Source: an uncultured delta proteobacterium
GTDB lineage: Bacteria; Desulfobacterota; Binatia; UBA9968
Direction: 5' to 3'
Assembly (NCBI GenBank): GCA_963745035.1
Contig: CAVUVW010000010.1
Coordinates: 32,001-96,000, forward strand
DNA: 64,000 bases
Shown here: piece by piece, positions 1 to 9,935 of the stretch
Layout: the number at the start of each line of letters is the position of its first letter
How positions within the stretch are numbered: the stretch's first letter is position 1
The notes under the pieces: generated by a model
Database searches by the model: none
The model's input: only the letters and a program-made list of their open reading frames with translations
What the model was told of the DNA's origin: nothing
Program-made: the position numbers and the translations under genes

Positions 1-246
1 CTCGGGCTTCCATTCATTTAGCCAACTCATCACCAGCCGCTTCTGCGAAACGCTCTCGAGAATCTCGCCCGAGTCCATGAGGCTTCCGTCAGCATACATT
101 CTCCACGTGGAGCCGACCTTCCATTCGCTTTCGACGCTCATTCCGAACCGATACTGCTTTATGATCTCGGGCGTTGTTAGTGCATGCCACAGCTTCTCGG
201 GTGTTATGCGGATGTAGGTAACGTAAACAAATTTCGAGCCAGACAT
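1..246 (-). CDS. SRPBCC/AHSA1-domain protein (3' end outside window), integron cassette gene
   Basis: Manual translation MSGSKFVYVTYIRITPEKLWHALTTPEIIKQYRFGMSVESEWKVGSTW...; GGAGAA RBS upstream; not in ORF track because it runs off the edge. Confidence 0.85.
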   Translation of the reverse strand, partial: MSGSKFVYVTYIRITPEKLWHALTTPEIIKQYRFGMSVESEWKVGSTWRMYADGSLMDSGEILESVSQKRLVMSWLNEWKPE

Positions 247-300
247 GGGATTCTCCTAAGTTTGCGATTCGCTTCTTTGGGGATGGACGCGCCACACGAG

Positions 301-395
301 ACCTAACGCCCTGCCGCTCGGTCGCGAGCGGCAGCTACGTTCACGCGAAGAAGTCTAAACCAACTGCCGCTCGTCGGCTGCAGCGCGGGTTAGGC
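301..395 (-). other. attC integron cassette recombination site
   Basis: Minus strand GCCTAAC-CCGCGCTGCAGCCGACGAGCGGCAG...CTGCCGCTCGCGACCGAGCGGCAGGGC-GTTAGGT: RYYYAAC/GTTRRRY cores around an imperfect palindrome, between two co-oriented small genes. Confidence 0.85.
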
Positions 396-496
396 GGACT
401 ACACGACCGATGTACACGATCGGAGACGTTCTCTGACCGCGCTCGGGCCGAAGCGCGATGACGGCGGATTGAGCGAAATCGCTGAGCGGTCGTCGA

Positions 497-784
497 TCAG
501 TCGTGCGCCTTGATCGATCCTTCGATGACTTCGGGTTTTTGTCTCAGCAGTTGCGCCATATGCGTGCGCACGAACTCGGCCGCGAGAGCCACCGATTCGT
601 CCGCACCGTCCTTGTCCTTGAAGACGCCGAATGAGGCGCCCTCACCATTCCCGGTATCCAGCCAGTAGTAGCGGACGAAGCCCTTGGCCTTGCGCATGAT
701 GGGCACGAACTGTTCCTGGATGAGCCGATCGATCTCGGCACTGTCCTTCTTGTCGAAGTGGTAATGGCGGATGACGGCAAACAT
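497..784 (-). CDS. ABM-like (dimeric alpha/beta barrel) protein, integron cassette gene
   Basis: MFAVIRHYHF...FVPIMRKAKGFVRYYWLD...; AAGGAGGT RBS before ATG at 784. Confidence 0.75.
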   Translation of the reverse strand: MFAVIRHYHFDKKDSAEIDRLIQEQFVPIMRKAKGFVRYYWLDTGNGEGASFGVFKDKDGADESVALAAEFVRTHMAQLLRQKPEVIEGSIKAHD

Positions 785-925
785 GGGACCTCCTTTTGCG
801 AGCCGAACTTGGAGTACATGACAGCTTATCGTGCCATCAGGCGGACCGCGAGCCCGCCCCAGCAAATGAGGAGGGAACGCAAGGCCGCCTAGGCCCTGTC
901 GTGGCGATCACGCAGTTGAGAAATG

Positions 926-950
926 CCGCCTAACTAGTGAGTATACTGAC
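926..950 (-). other. putative attI site / first cassette boundary
   Basis: GTTAGGCGG core complementary to CCGCCTAAC of the attC at 389-397; no attC-type palindrome upstream of it. Confidence 0.55.
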
Positions 951-952
951 CA

Positions 953-982
953 GCATTTGCCGATATTAATATCGGCAAATGC
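953..982. promoter_or_regulatory. perfect 30-bp palindrome, possible operator
   Basis: GCATTTGCCGATATT-AATATCGGCAAATGC; palindrome is certain, function inferred. Confidence 0.5.
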
Positions 983-1008
983 CTCTGCAAGGTGAGGGCC
1001 GTTTCGGC

Positions 1009-1141
1009 TGTGCTAGTTTTGTGCTAGTTCAATCCGCAAACACGGACAATCATCAGCAGGAAAAAGGGAGAGAGGCGCTCACTGCTGTTGGTTTTTGCTG
1101 GTGTATGTCGGTGAGCACCGACCACTCCTAGACTCGAAATC
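1009..1141 (+). mobile_element. probable integrative-element end: arm-type direct repeats plus tRNA-Ser(CGA) anticodon-arm fragment
   Basis: TGTGCTAGTT twice (1009-1018, 1020-1029), then GACTCGAAATC at 1131-1141. Confidence 0.4.
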
Positions 1142-1189
1142 ATCAATCAGAGACAGCCGCTATAATCTGCCAACGCACGAGGATCAGAC

Positions 1190-2558
1190 ATGACGATGCA
1201 TCACCAGCTTGAAGCCTACGTCAAACAGAATCGCAAACGATTCGAAGATCTCCTCGGTCAGATGGTCAAGATTCCATCGATCAGTATGGATCCGGCCAAA
1301 GCAAATGACATGCGGCGCATGGCAACTCTTGCGAGGCAAGTATTGAGCGATGTCGGCGCCGAAGCGGAGATCGTGGAGACTGGCGGCTATCCCTTTGTGT
1401 CTGCTGGCTGGATGACTGGTGCACACTATCCTACGGTCACGGTCTATAACCATATGGATGTCCAGCCGGCACAAGAGCCAGAATGGCAACGGGATCCTTT
1501 TGCCTTCCAGAACGAGGGTGGCATCTATCGCGGCCGTGGAGCAACCGATGATAAGGGACCGGCGCTGTCGGCGTTGTTCGGTGCCCGTTTCGCGATCGAT
1601 CAAGGCGTGCCGATCAATATTCGCTTTCTCTGGGAGCTTGAAGAAGAGATCGGCAGTCCTCATTTTGCCGCCGGTCTCAAACAGCGAGCCGAGGTTCCCC
1701 GCCCCGATTCTGTGGTGGTCTCCGATACGATTTGGATTGCGAAAGGGCGTCCGGCCATGCCGTATGGATTGCGAGGATTGATTGGCGCGAGGCTGACCTT
1801 GAGAACCGGCAGCAAAGACGCCCATTCCGGGGTAACTGGTGGGGCCGCGAGAAATCCGTTAGCTGAATTGATGGAAGTTGCACAGGCTTGCGTCAATGCC
1901 AAAACAGGCGAAGTGAAAATCCCCGGCTTTTACAAGGACGTGATGAAGCCAACGAAAGAAGAGATCAAGAGCTTTCTCAAGTCAGGGTTTCAGGTCAAGC
2001 GCTTCAAAGCAGGCCTATGGATTCCACTCTCTCAGAACCGATGATCCGGCTGAAGTGATGCGCCGTATTTGGGCAGCTCCGACTTTCGAGATTCATGGCT
2101 TAACCGGCGGGTACAATGGGCCTGGCATCAAGACTGTGGTGCCGGGTCATGGCGAATTGAAGGTCAGCATGCGGCTCGTTCCGAACCAGACACCAGAGAA
2201 AGCCTTCGACCTGCTGAAGCGCTATGTGGCCAAGCTGAATCCGAACGTCAAAGTGGAAAGGGAAAGCATGCAACCTCCATTCAAAGGCAGTTTTGATGGG
2301 CCTTATGTCGAATGTGTGAAACGAGCGGCGAAGGCGGGATTCGGCAAAGAACCGGCTTTTATTCGTGAAGGGGGATCGATCGGTGCGGTCGTCACGATGC
2401 AGAAGGCCTGGAAAGTGCCGATTCTCTTTCTCGGCTTGAGTCTGCCCGAACATGGCTATCATGCACCGAACGAATACTTCGACTGGGGCCAAGCTTCAGG
2501 CGGAATGAAAGCGTTTGCGCATTATTTTTCGGAGCTCGCCAAAATGGAGAACCGTTAG
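1190..2558 (+). CDS. M20/M25/M40 metallopeptidase (dipeptidase-like), one frameshift near 2010
   Basis: YNHMDVQP, GRGATDDKG, EEEIGS, AHSG and HAPNE motifs across ORFs 1190-2044 and 2055-2558. Confidence 0.9.
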
Positions 2559-2599
2559 AAAAATTCATAATGGATAATGGAAAATTGATAATGGACACC

Positions 2600-2732
2600 T
2601 TCGACCAAATCTAGTGGGGCGGCAGCGGGCCCGTGCCGGCGATTTTTTTGAAAAGATCCACGTCTTGCGGATCGCGAGGAAGCTTCTTTAGGACTTCATC
2701 GAATTCATCCGGCGTGAGCGGGGAAGGCGCGT
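2600..2732 (-). repeat. diverged copy of the 3' end of the TctC-like gene (14332-14463)
   Basis: By-eye alignment: 5 substitutions in ~120 coding nt, all synonymous; includes the stop codon. Confidence 0.95.
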
Positions 2733-2734
2733 TT

Positions 2735-2838
2735 GGGTGGTTACCTGCGGCAACCCTACATCTTGGCGAGCAAGCCACTCCCGTGGCTGGCGATCACAGC
2801 ATCGAAGTTGTCGACCGCCGTGTTCACGTCCATGGCCC
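2735..2838 (-). repeat. diverged copy of the 3' end of the Rieske oxygenase gene (11612-11716)
   Basis: RAMDVNTAVDNFDAVIASHGSGLLAKM* versus RAMDVNTAVDNFDAMIASHGNSLVAKA*; shares the downstream GGTT(A/G)CC..GGCAACC hairpin. Confidence 0.95.
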
Positions 2839-3106
2839 GGCGCGCTGTTCAGTCGACCACCGATCGATCGGGAAGAGCGACCGCTGGAGCCACTGGAACA
2901 TCCGCCATCCGACGGGGTCGAGGGCGAGCGTCGACGCTGCAAGCGCAGCGGCCTCGTCCGAGATCGGTCGCCCGTTCGGCGCTATCACGTGGACCTCAGC
3001 CACCCGTTCGGCCATCACGAACCATCCGACCGATTCCTCCACCGACCGGCCGACCGTGACCAGGCCGTGGTTGCGCAGGATGCAGAACTCCTTGTTGCCG
3101 AGCGCG
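2839..3106 (-). repeat. diverged copy of the 3' end of the class II aldolase gene (5331-5599)
   Basis: ALGNKEFCILRNHGLVTVGRSVEESVGWFVMAERVAEVH... versus ALGNRKFCILRNHGLLTVGRSVEESVGWFVMAERVAEVH... Confidence 0.95.
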
Positions 3107-3507
3107 CGCCGAAGATTGAGGGCTGGTCCAGTGTTAATCCTACCGCTTACCGATGTGGTAAGGTCCTGAATTCGCTTCCGGTATCTTCGGTTAATTCTCG
3201 ATCTTTTCCCTGATCGCCCTGCCATCGGGCCAACTCCTCGGCCAAACCGCCAAATGGCTCGCCGATCACCCGGCTCCTGCATTCCCCGAGCCGTCAAAAG
3301 CAACACCGGGATTTTCCTCGATCAGAAAGGCAATTGACAACTCTCCGGTCCGGCGTTACTGCTCGGGCAGAACAAAAAGCTGGTTTGAATTTCTTATGCA
3401 TACGCGAGATCATGCAGCGTGGCCAATTCACGCGGGTGATCGTCCCGCCCGCCGAGGCGCCGGCGCCCCTATCGGCATAAAATAAAAAATAGAAAGTTGG
3501 ATTTCAG

Positions 3508-5063
3508 TTGCCCCAACAGGACCGTCTCAACATTGCCGTCTTCATCGACTTCGACAACATCGAAATCGGCGTCAAATCGACGCTCGGAGAGAATTTCGAC
3601 ATCGGCGCTATCCTCGACGCCTTGAAGGAGCGGGGTGAGGTGGTCACCAAGATCGCCTATGCCGACTGGACGCGCGCGGGCGAGTACAGCCGCCATCTCA
3701 CGCAGCACGCCATCCGGCTGGTGCAGCGCAATCTGACGCCCGGCGGCGACAAGAACGGGGCGGACATCAACCTGCCCTCGACGCCCTCGAAATGGCGTTC
3801 ACGCACCCGCACATCAACGCGTACGTGATCGTGGGCGGCGACAGCGACTTCCTCTCGCTGGTCGAGAAGCTGAAGCAGTACGACAAGAAGGTCTTCGTCG
3901 TGGGCGGCCGCGCTTTCACGAGCATTATCCTGCAGCGCAACTGCCACGAGTTCATCGCGTACGAGAACCTCACGGGTGGCCGTCGCTCCGCGTTCAAGGG
4001 TGGTCGCCCGGTGGCGCCCGCAGCCTCCAGCCCGATCGCGCAGGCGTTCCCGATCGTGCGCCGCGCGCTGAAGATCCTGTCCGACCGCGAAGTGTCGCCA
4101 CAGACGGGGCTCCTGAAGAGCACCCTGCTCCAGCTCGACTCGACCTTCTCCGAACGCAACTACGGTGCGTCATCGTTCCACGACTTCGTCGAAAAGCTGG
4201 CTCAGGCCGGACTCGCGCAATTGAAGCACACTGGCCGGAGCGTGATGGTCGAATTGAACGAGCAGTTCGAAGAAGGCGATCAGTCGACGGCACCGGCGGC
4301 CAAGGCCGAGGCTGCGCCGGAGACGCGGCGGGAGGTCGTTCGACCGCCTTCTCCCGAGGCGGACGCCGTCGAGGCACCTGTCGTCGCGGCGGCGCCCGTC
4401 ACGCCGGCGGGTGACCAGGCTGATGGTGTTCGGCTTGTCGGGAAAATTCTGACGGCCGCGACGACCGCGCGGTGGCCGATATACCTGCGCAATGTCAAGC
4501 AGCTGTTGCGCGCAGCCGATGGTGGTTTCGACGAGCGCCGCTACGGGTTCCCCGGCCTGATCGATCTGTTGCGTGCCTGTCAGCGCGAGGGCCTCGTGCG
4601 GCTCGAACGAGATCGCCGCGGCGGCCTGCTCGTCTTCAAGGGGCCGGTCCTGCAGCAGACGGGGGCGACCCGGTCTGCGGTCCCGCAACGGGACCCGGGC
4701 GCAGCGGAGTCCGACGACGTCGTCGAATCGATGGACGCCGGTGCGCGCGAGCAGCTGGAGGAACTTAATCAAGGCGAGCCGGGCAATCGGCTGGAGCCGC
4801 AGGCGGAGGCCGTTGACGACGAAAGGCGTCGGAGATCGGGCCCATTCCCATCGACACGACCGCGGAACCCCTCGGGCGCGCCAAGCCGCGCCGTCCGCGC
4901 GCCCGCGTCGGGGCCGCCACCCCGGCCGCCGCTCGTAGCACGCGAAAGACGACGGCGCCGAACAAGCCCGCGCCCCGTCCAACCACCCGATCGCGGAAGA
5001 CCGTCCGCTCCGACTCCGGCGGCAAAAACGAGAGCTGACGCGCAGAGGAGAGGGTTCCGCTGA
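3508..5063 (+). CDS. NYN (LabA/DUF88) domain protein with OST-HTH/LOTUS domains, frameshifted near 3775 and probably again near 4830
   Basis: IAVFIDFDN, KNGADI, GGDSDF motifs; FSERNYG and FDERRYG LOTUS-like repeats. Confidence 0.85.
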
Positions 5064-5250
5064 GGGTCAGACTTTTACGTCTGGACGATCTTGCTCAGCC
5101 GGTCTCCCGTCCTGTCGTATCATCGGCTTGCAACCGATCGCTCGGCGGTGCGAGCGCGCAGGCCAGGAGGGTCTGGCCTGAGTATTGAGTTATGGTCGTC
5201 ACTACCAACTTCAGGATCGGACCTGTGCAAATTCTCGAATTGAAAATTTA

Positions 5251-5330
5251 GGCGTGTTCACTTCCATGCGCGCACGCGATAAATGCCGCCGCGGGACGCG
5301 GGGAAGGGCTCAATGCCCTGCTGGAAATCG
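5251..5330 (-). repeat. second Rieske-gene remnant (matches ~11697-11780)
   Basis: FQQGIEPFPASRGGIYRVRA versus LQQGIEPFPASHGDIYRVRA; abuts the aldolase 3' end. Confidence 0.85.
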
Positions 5331-5340
5331 GGCGCGCTGT

Positions 5341-6129
5341 TCAGTCGACCACCGAGCGATCGGGGACGAGCGACCGCTGGATCCACTGGAACATCCGCCA
5401 TCCGACGGAGTCATGGGCGAGTGTCGACGCCGCAGCCGCAGCAGCCTCGTCGGAGATCGGTCGTGCGTTCGGCGCTTTCACGTGGACCTCGGCCACCCGC
5501 TCGGCCATCACGAACCATCCGACCGATTCCTCCACCGACCGGCCGACCGTGAGCAGGCCGTGGTTGCGCAGGATGCAGAACTTCCTGTTGCCGAGTGCGG
5601 CGGCGATGCGCTTGCCGCCATCGATCGAAAGCACCTCCACCTCCTCATCGTCGAAGAGGGCCTGGTCGAACACGAAGGCGCACGCCTCCTGACTGAGCGC
5701 GCGAAACGGCTCGACGTTGGCCGACCATGGCGTGCCGAAGGCGGTGTGGGTGTGAGATGCGCTCACGACATCGGGACGGGCAGCGAGCAGCGGATGGTGA
5801 ATATAGTAACCGGCCGTGTTGACGGCACCGGTCGCGTTGCCGTCGGCATCTTTCACTTCGCCACCGGGCCCGACCAGCACCAACTGGTGGACCGTCGCCT
5901 CGGCGAATGGGACACCCCAGTCGAGCAGCCAGAAGTGGTCGGTCAACTCGGGGTCACGGGCGGATACGTGGCCGTCGCCGAGCATCCCCCACCGCATCGC
6001 GCCGAAGATGCGGTATCCAAGCGCACACATCCGTTTGCGATGCGCCCGTTCGTCGGCAACCGAACGGACGGTGCCGTAGGGCTCGACCCCGTCGAACGGT
6101 GGATAGGGACTCGATGTCATGTCGTCCAT
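5341..6129 (-). CDS. class II aldolase/adducin family protein
   Basis: GDGHVSARDP, SHTHT, ILRNHG motifs. Confidence 0.9.
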   Translation of the reverse strand: MDDMTSSPYPPFDGVEPYGTVRSVADERAHRKRMCALGYRIFGAMRWGMLGDGHVSARDPELTDHFWLLDWGVPFAEATVHQLVLVGPGGEVKDADGNATGAVNTAGYYIHHPLLAARPDVVSASHTHTAFGTPWSANVEPFRALSQEACAFVFDQALFDDEEVEVLSIDGGKRIAAALGNRKFCILRNHGLLTVGRSVEESVGWFVMAERVAEVHVKAPNARPISDEAAAAAASTLAHDSVGWRMFQWIQRSLVPDRSVVD

Positions 6130-6214
6130 GATACCTCGCGCAATTCAGTCGGATGTACAGGCTGTTGAAAAAGGCCCACCTGCTTCGTCAATGCGCTCGA
6201 TCATCTCATCGGGA

Positions 6215-6290
6215 TCGGAGTACTGGAGTGACGAGAGTGGTGGAGTGATGGGTTTAAGACGCAATACTCCAGTACTCCATTACTCCAACA
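6215..6290. repeat. palindromic octamer REP-like repeat (TGGAGTRN / NYACTCCA); second copy at 55788-55860
   Basis: GGAGTACTGGAGTGA...TACTCCAGTACTCCATTACTCCA. Confidence 0.75.
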
Positions 6291-6908
6291 GTGTAGCAAT
6301 CCTTTTGTGGGTCATAGATAAAGTCCTCTTTAGTAAACAGTCCGCGCTTAAGGTTCGATGAATTATTGGGCTTAGGCACGTAAACCGTCATCCCGGACTG
6401 CTCGCAGGCTTTTACTTCTTCCCCGTTGTAGTAACCTCGGTCGGCCACTACCTGTAGAGTCTGTACGCCGAGCGTCTCTTGGGCCTTCTTTGCCATGGGT
6501 GGACAGTTGCCGTTAGCCGGTAACTTCGTTGGTGACCTCGTGCTCCACCACCAGCTTGTGCTTGTGATCCACCACGATCTGCACGTTGTAGCTGACCTCC
6601 ACCCCGTGCCCTACACGCATCGAGCGGCTCTGCGGATCTGTCAATGATATTTGACTCTCTACACTGCCTTCCAGATCGGTCTTCAGCTGCTCATACTGCG
6701 CTAGGCGCTGCTTGTATTGTTCGATCTTGTCCTGGAGTTGTTCTGGACTCACACCCCGTTGCCCGGCTACCTGCTGATCCTCTTGGTCCAATTCCTTAAG
6801 ATACTGATCGATCTTACCGTCGATCTCTTCTATCATCCGCCTAAGCTTTTTTTCTGTGAAGTTGCGCTTGGGACTATTCACGGCTCCAAATTTGCTGCCG
6901 TCCTCCAT
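6290..6908 (-). pseudogene. IS1182-family transposase internal fragment
   Basis: DGSKFGAVNS, SLTDPQSRSM, SYNVQ, ADRGYY, FTKEDFIYD motifs; truncated at both ends. Confidence 0.85.
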
Positions 6909-6997
6909 TTTGTTCGCGCGCCTCGCATCTAGACTTTTTTGAACAGCCTGGAATCAGGGTTCTTCAACAGACTGTTTACTTTGCTATTGCTTGCCGG

Positions 6998-7429
6998 TTA
7001 GGTGAGCACCACCAGCGAAAATGAGCGCCGACTCTGGAGCAACGTGAAATCGTCGCGGTTCCTAGTGTACAAGGTTGCGCCGAGGGAGCGGGCGCTGAGC
7101 GCCAGCAAGCAGTCGTTCACCAATGTCGGTAGTTTGCTTTTAAGGTTCGGTCTGGAGTGTAGTATCTCCGCCAAAATGGCTCCGGCATCTTTCCAATGGT
7201 TATGATCGGGCGTCACGATACGACCGACTTTCTCGAACGGTTGGAATAAGGTATCTACACGCTTTCTACCGGCGGGCGACTGGGCGCCGGCGAGCAATTC
7301 CTGAGCTACGATGGAGCTGAAGTAGATTCCTGGAGCCTCTTTGTCATAGAGCTCTCGGATGAAAGGAAGGGTTGTCCCGCTTTGGATGAGATCGATATAA
7401 AGATCCGTATCGATCAGATGCTTAGCCAC
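6998..7429 (-). CDS. vapC: PIN-domain toxin, type II TA
   Basis: HLIDTD, QELLAG, VNDCLLA, TRNRDDF PIN motifs. Confidence 0.9.
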   Translation of the reverse strand: MAKHLIDTDLYIDLIQSGTTLPFIRELYDKEAPGIYFSSIVAQELLAGAQSPAGRKRVDTLFQPFEKVGRIVTPDHNHWKDAGAILAEILHSRPNLKSKLPTLVNDCLLALSARSLGATLYTRNRDDFTLLQSRRSFSLVVLT

Positions 7430-7620
7430 TAAAAAACCTTTTCTACACCGCCTTTGCCAGCGACTTTTTCCAATGATCTGAGAATGTCTTTTCGGAAAAC
7501 TACCAGGTCTAAAGCAGCATCAATTGCCTCGGTTTCGGTCTTCGCGCCCAGAATTGATCTGACTCGCCGAATCTTTTTTTCGTCCAGATAGTAGTTTTTC
7601 CGCTTAAGGTTTGTTTTCAT
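7429..7620 (-). CDS. VapB-like antitoxin
   Basis: 63 aa, LGAKTETEAIDAALD, 1-nt overlap with vapC. Confidence 0.8.
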   Translation of the reverse strand: MKTNLKRKNYYLDEKKIRRVRSILGAKTETEAIDAALDLVVFRKDILRSLEKVAGKGGVEKVF

Positions 7621-7647
7621 GATAATCCCAGATACAGACGATTACTT

Positions 7648-7675
7648 ATTTTATACGTATCAACTTAGAGGTCAA
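7648..7675 (-). promoter_or_regulatory. sigma70-like promoter of the vapBC operon
   Basis: TTGACC-N16-TAAAAT overlapping the ATACGTAT palindrome. Confidence 0.5.
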
Positions 7676-7823
7676 GGCTGCCCGAAGAAGCCGATGGACG
7701 AATCCGTCAAGCCGACGCTTTTTTCAATGGATCGAATTGGGCTAATAGGTCGCATCTTTGCTTTCAGCGTTTGATTGCCTTTCGAAATTAAAGGCGCGGT
7801 CCCGGCTCGCCGGTAAAGTTCGT

Positions 7824-9290
7824 CTATGCGGTCGCAGCGGGCGATGCCCTTTCCAGGCCCAACTCATCGGCAACCGCTTGCTCGACAACGGTACCCTTGA
7901 AGAAGCCCGTATTGTTGCGCGTGTGCAGCATTGCGGCATTGGTGAACGTGAACTCGCGAAAATCCTGTTCGGTGACGAAGCCCTTCTCAACCATCTCAAA
8001 CGCTTCGGGTATGACATCCGCAAAGTCGGGGACGTCAAAGTGCGTGAAGTCGGAGCTGAACACCGGCCGCAGCCGAAAGCCCATCCGGGGATCGAAGGCC
8101 CATAGGGTCGTTCTGTCGTCGGCCTCGCAACCGAAATAAAAGTTGGTGGATAATGCCGCTCGGATATCGTCTTTTGACTCGATGCCTGCCGCCGCGAAAT
8201 CGTCGGCGATAAACTCCGGCCGCGCGAGTTCTTCGACGCTGCATTCCGGCCGCAAAAAGTCCAGGCTGTTCATGATCGCGTCGGCATTGGCTTTCACTCT
8301 CGCGTCGCCATACCGGGCGATAAATTGATGCATCTCGGCGATGCTGGTGGCGTGGGGGTTTTGCAGGCCGGCAGGGCGGCGCTTTTCCCAGTGTTCGATC
8401 AGGTCGGCGCACAACTGACAGGCCCAACTGACGCCGCCTTCCATGAAGCCGAAATTGAGGCTCGGGTAGCGCCGCAACAGACCGCCCAGGAAAACGCCCT
8501 TCGCGAAGGCGTGATTCGATGCGGCGAAGTGGCCGATATGGTTGTAGGTGAAGTTGCTGATGGAACTGCGATCCGGCCAACGGCCGCTGCCCGAGTGTTG
8601 GGTTACGGCGACGCCAAGATCAACGCAGCGCTGCCAGAATGGATCGTAATCAAGCGGGCTGTCGAGGGCGACGGTATCGACGTACCACGCGGCTTTCTTC
8701 GCATCGATGCCTTCCGCTGCACTCGGGATAGGACGCTCCTGGTTTCCCTTGAGCATGATCGCTCGGTAGCCCAGCTTGCCGACGGCGTATTCGAGTTCCT
8801 CGATCGCTTCCTCCGGCGTATGCATGGGAATAATCGCCACCGGGGCAAATCTTGCGGCATAGGGCGCGAACATGTCGACCGTCATCTTATTGTAGGCACG
8901 GGCGGCGGCCCGGCGCAGGTCATCCTGAGCAACGCCGTTGAATGCGAGCCCAAGGCTCGGATAGATCAACGCGAAGTCGATGCCCAACTCCGGCAATCGT
9001 TCGTTCAACAAAGCCGGCAGCAGCGCAGTGGCCTTGTCGAGGGTCTTGCTGGTGACGCCCCACCAGTTGCTTCGCCTGGTGCGATCGTGCTGGCGCTGCG
9101 ACCAGGTGGAGCGGTACCACGCGTGAGTGCGCTGCCAGAGCGCTCTCATCCGGTCGACCGATTGAGTGCCGCCCACTTCACGCAAGTACTCGAGAAAGAC
9201 CGGCACCGGTTCCAACCAGTGGCCGTCGCCGTCGATCACGGGGTGTTTCAGGCCGGCGTGTATTTCAGCGGCGCGATTACTCACCGTCAC
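7824..9290 (-). CDS. amidohydrolase family protein (amidohydro_2)
   Basis: VIDGDGH, FMEGG, FSSDFTHFD motifs. Confidence 0.9.
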   Translation of the reverse strand: MTVSNRAAEIHAGLKHPVIDGDGHWLEPVPVFLEYLREVGGTQSVDRMRALWQRTHAWYRSTWSQRQHDRTRRSNWWGVTSKTLDKATALLPALLNERLPELGIDFALIYPSLGLAFNGVAQDDLRRAAARAYNKMTVDMFAPYAARFAPVAIIPMHTPEEAIEELEYAVGKLGYRAIMLKGNQERPIPSAAEGIDAKKAAWYVDTVALDSPLDYDPFWQRCVDLGVAVTQHSGSGRWPDRSSISNFTYNHIGHFAASNHAFAKGVFLGGLLRRYPSLNFGFMEGGVSWACQLCADLIEHWEKRRPAGLQNPHATSIAEMHQFIARYGDARVKANADAIMNSLDFLRPECSVEELARPEFIADDFAAAGIESKDDIRAALSTNFYFGCEADDRTTLWAFDPRMGFRLRPVFSSDFTHFDVPDFADVIPEAFEMVEKGFVTEQDFREFTFTNAAMLHTRNNTGFFKGTVVEQAVADELGLERASPAATA

Positions 9291-9320
9291 GGCTCCTCTG
9301 TCGCGCGCAAAATTTGAGGC

Positions 9321-9872
9321 TTAGGCGGCGCCGCGAAAGTTGGGGCGCTTCTCTACCACCATGGTGCCTGCTTCGCTGTTGTAGCGGCCGCGCGCGATGT
9401 TTTCTAGATTCGTGCCGGTGACACGGATGAAACGCGCGCCGGCGGGATAGGCGATGGAATGGATGGCGCGGTTCTGGAAGATACCCGACTTGCCGCGCTC
9501 CATACGATAGGTCTTTACCTTTTCTATTGTCGCTTTGCCGGGAACCGAGCCGTCATCCGTACGCTTCCACTCGCTCATTTCGGTATGTTTGACCGCCTGG
9601 CCGTAGATGGCCCACGAATCACCGTGATCGTGCGGCCCGCCGGCATAGTCCCGGTCCATGACATGCGCCAAGATCTGGAAGCCCAGCTCCGGGTCCTCGT
9701 AGAGTAGATTGGCGCCGACGGCGGCGTTCGGCCCGCAATGGGCGGCGACGAAATCGTCGTTCATCAGCAAGTCCGGCAATTTTTTTCGCACCGTCTCGCG
9801 CCCCGCCGGACCCGGGTCGGCCTCGAGGATGCGGCGGCAGTCGGCGGCAAACTCATCGAGCGTGTAAGCCAT
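9321..9872 (-). CDS. cysteine-dioxygenase-like cupin protein
   Basis: PHDHGDSWAIYGQ...AIHSI; start taken at MAYTLDEF. Confidence 0.7.
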   Translation of the reverse strand: MAYTLDEFAADCRRILEADPGPAGRETVRKKLPDLLMNDDFVAAHCGPNAAVGANLLYEDPELGFQILAHVMDRDYAGGPHDHGDSWAIYGQAVKHTEMSEWKRTDDGSVPGKATIEKVKTYRMERGKSGIFQNRAIHSIAYPAGARFIRVTGTNLENIARGRYNSEAGTMVVEKRPNFRGAA

Positions 9873-9935
9873 GCTATTTCTCCTGACGCAGTGGAAATTC
9901 AATCCATTTTTTGACGCGGGCTGCTAGTGATTGAC

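Larger units (their letters stand above)
6158..6975. mobile_element. MITE-like element (CAGGCTGTTGAAAAA...TTTTTGAACAGCCTG) enclosing an IS1182 remnant
   Basis: Terminal inverted repeats at 6158-6172 and 6936-6950; the same ends recur at 25509 and ~27121-27185. Confidence 0.7.

Noticed and set aside
1120-1160. Intact tRNA-Ser gene
   Set aside because: Only an 11-nt anticodon-arm-like match; no D/T arms or acceptor stem
2600-3106. DGR template repeats for the three target genes
   Set aside because: Differences are not adenine-specific (G/C swaps, mostly synonymous), there is no reverse transcriptase in the window, and the targets lack C-type lectin or Ig variable domains
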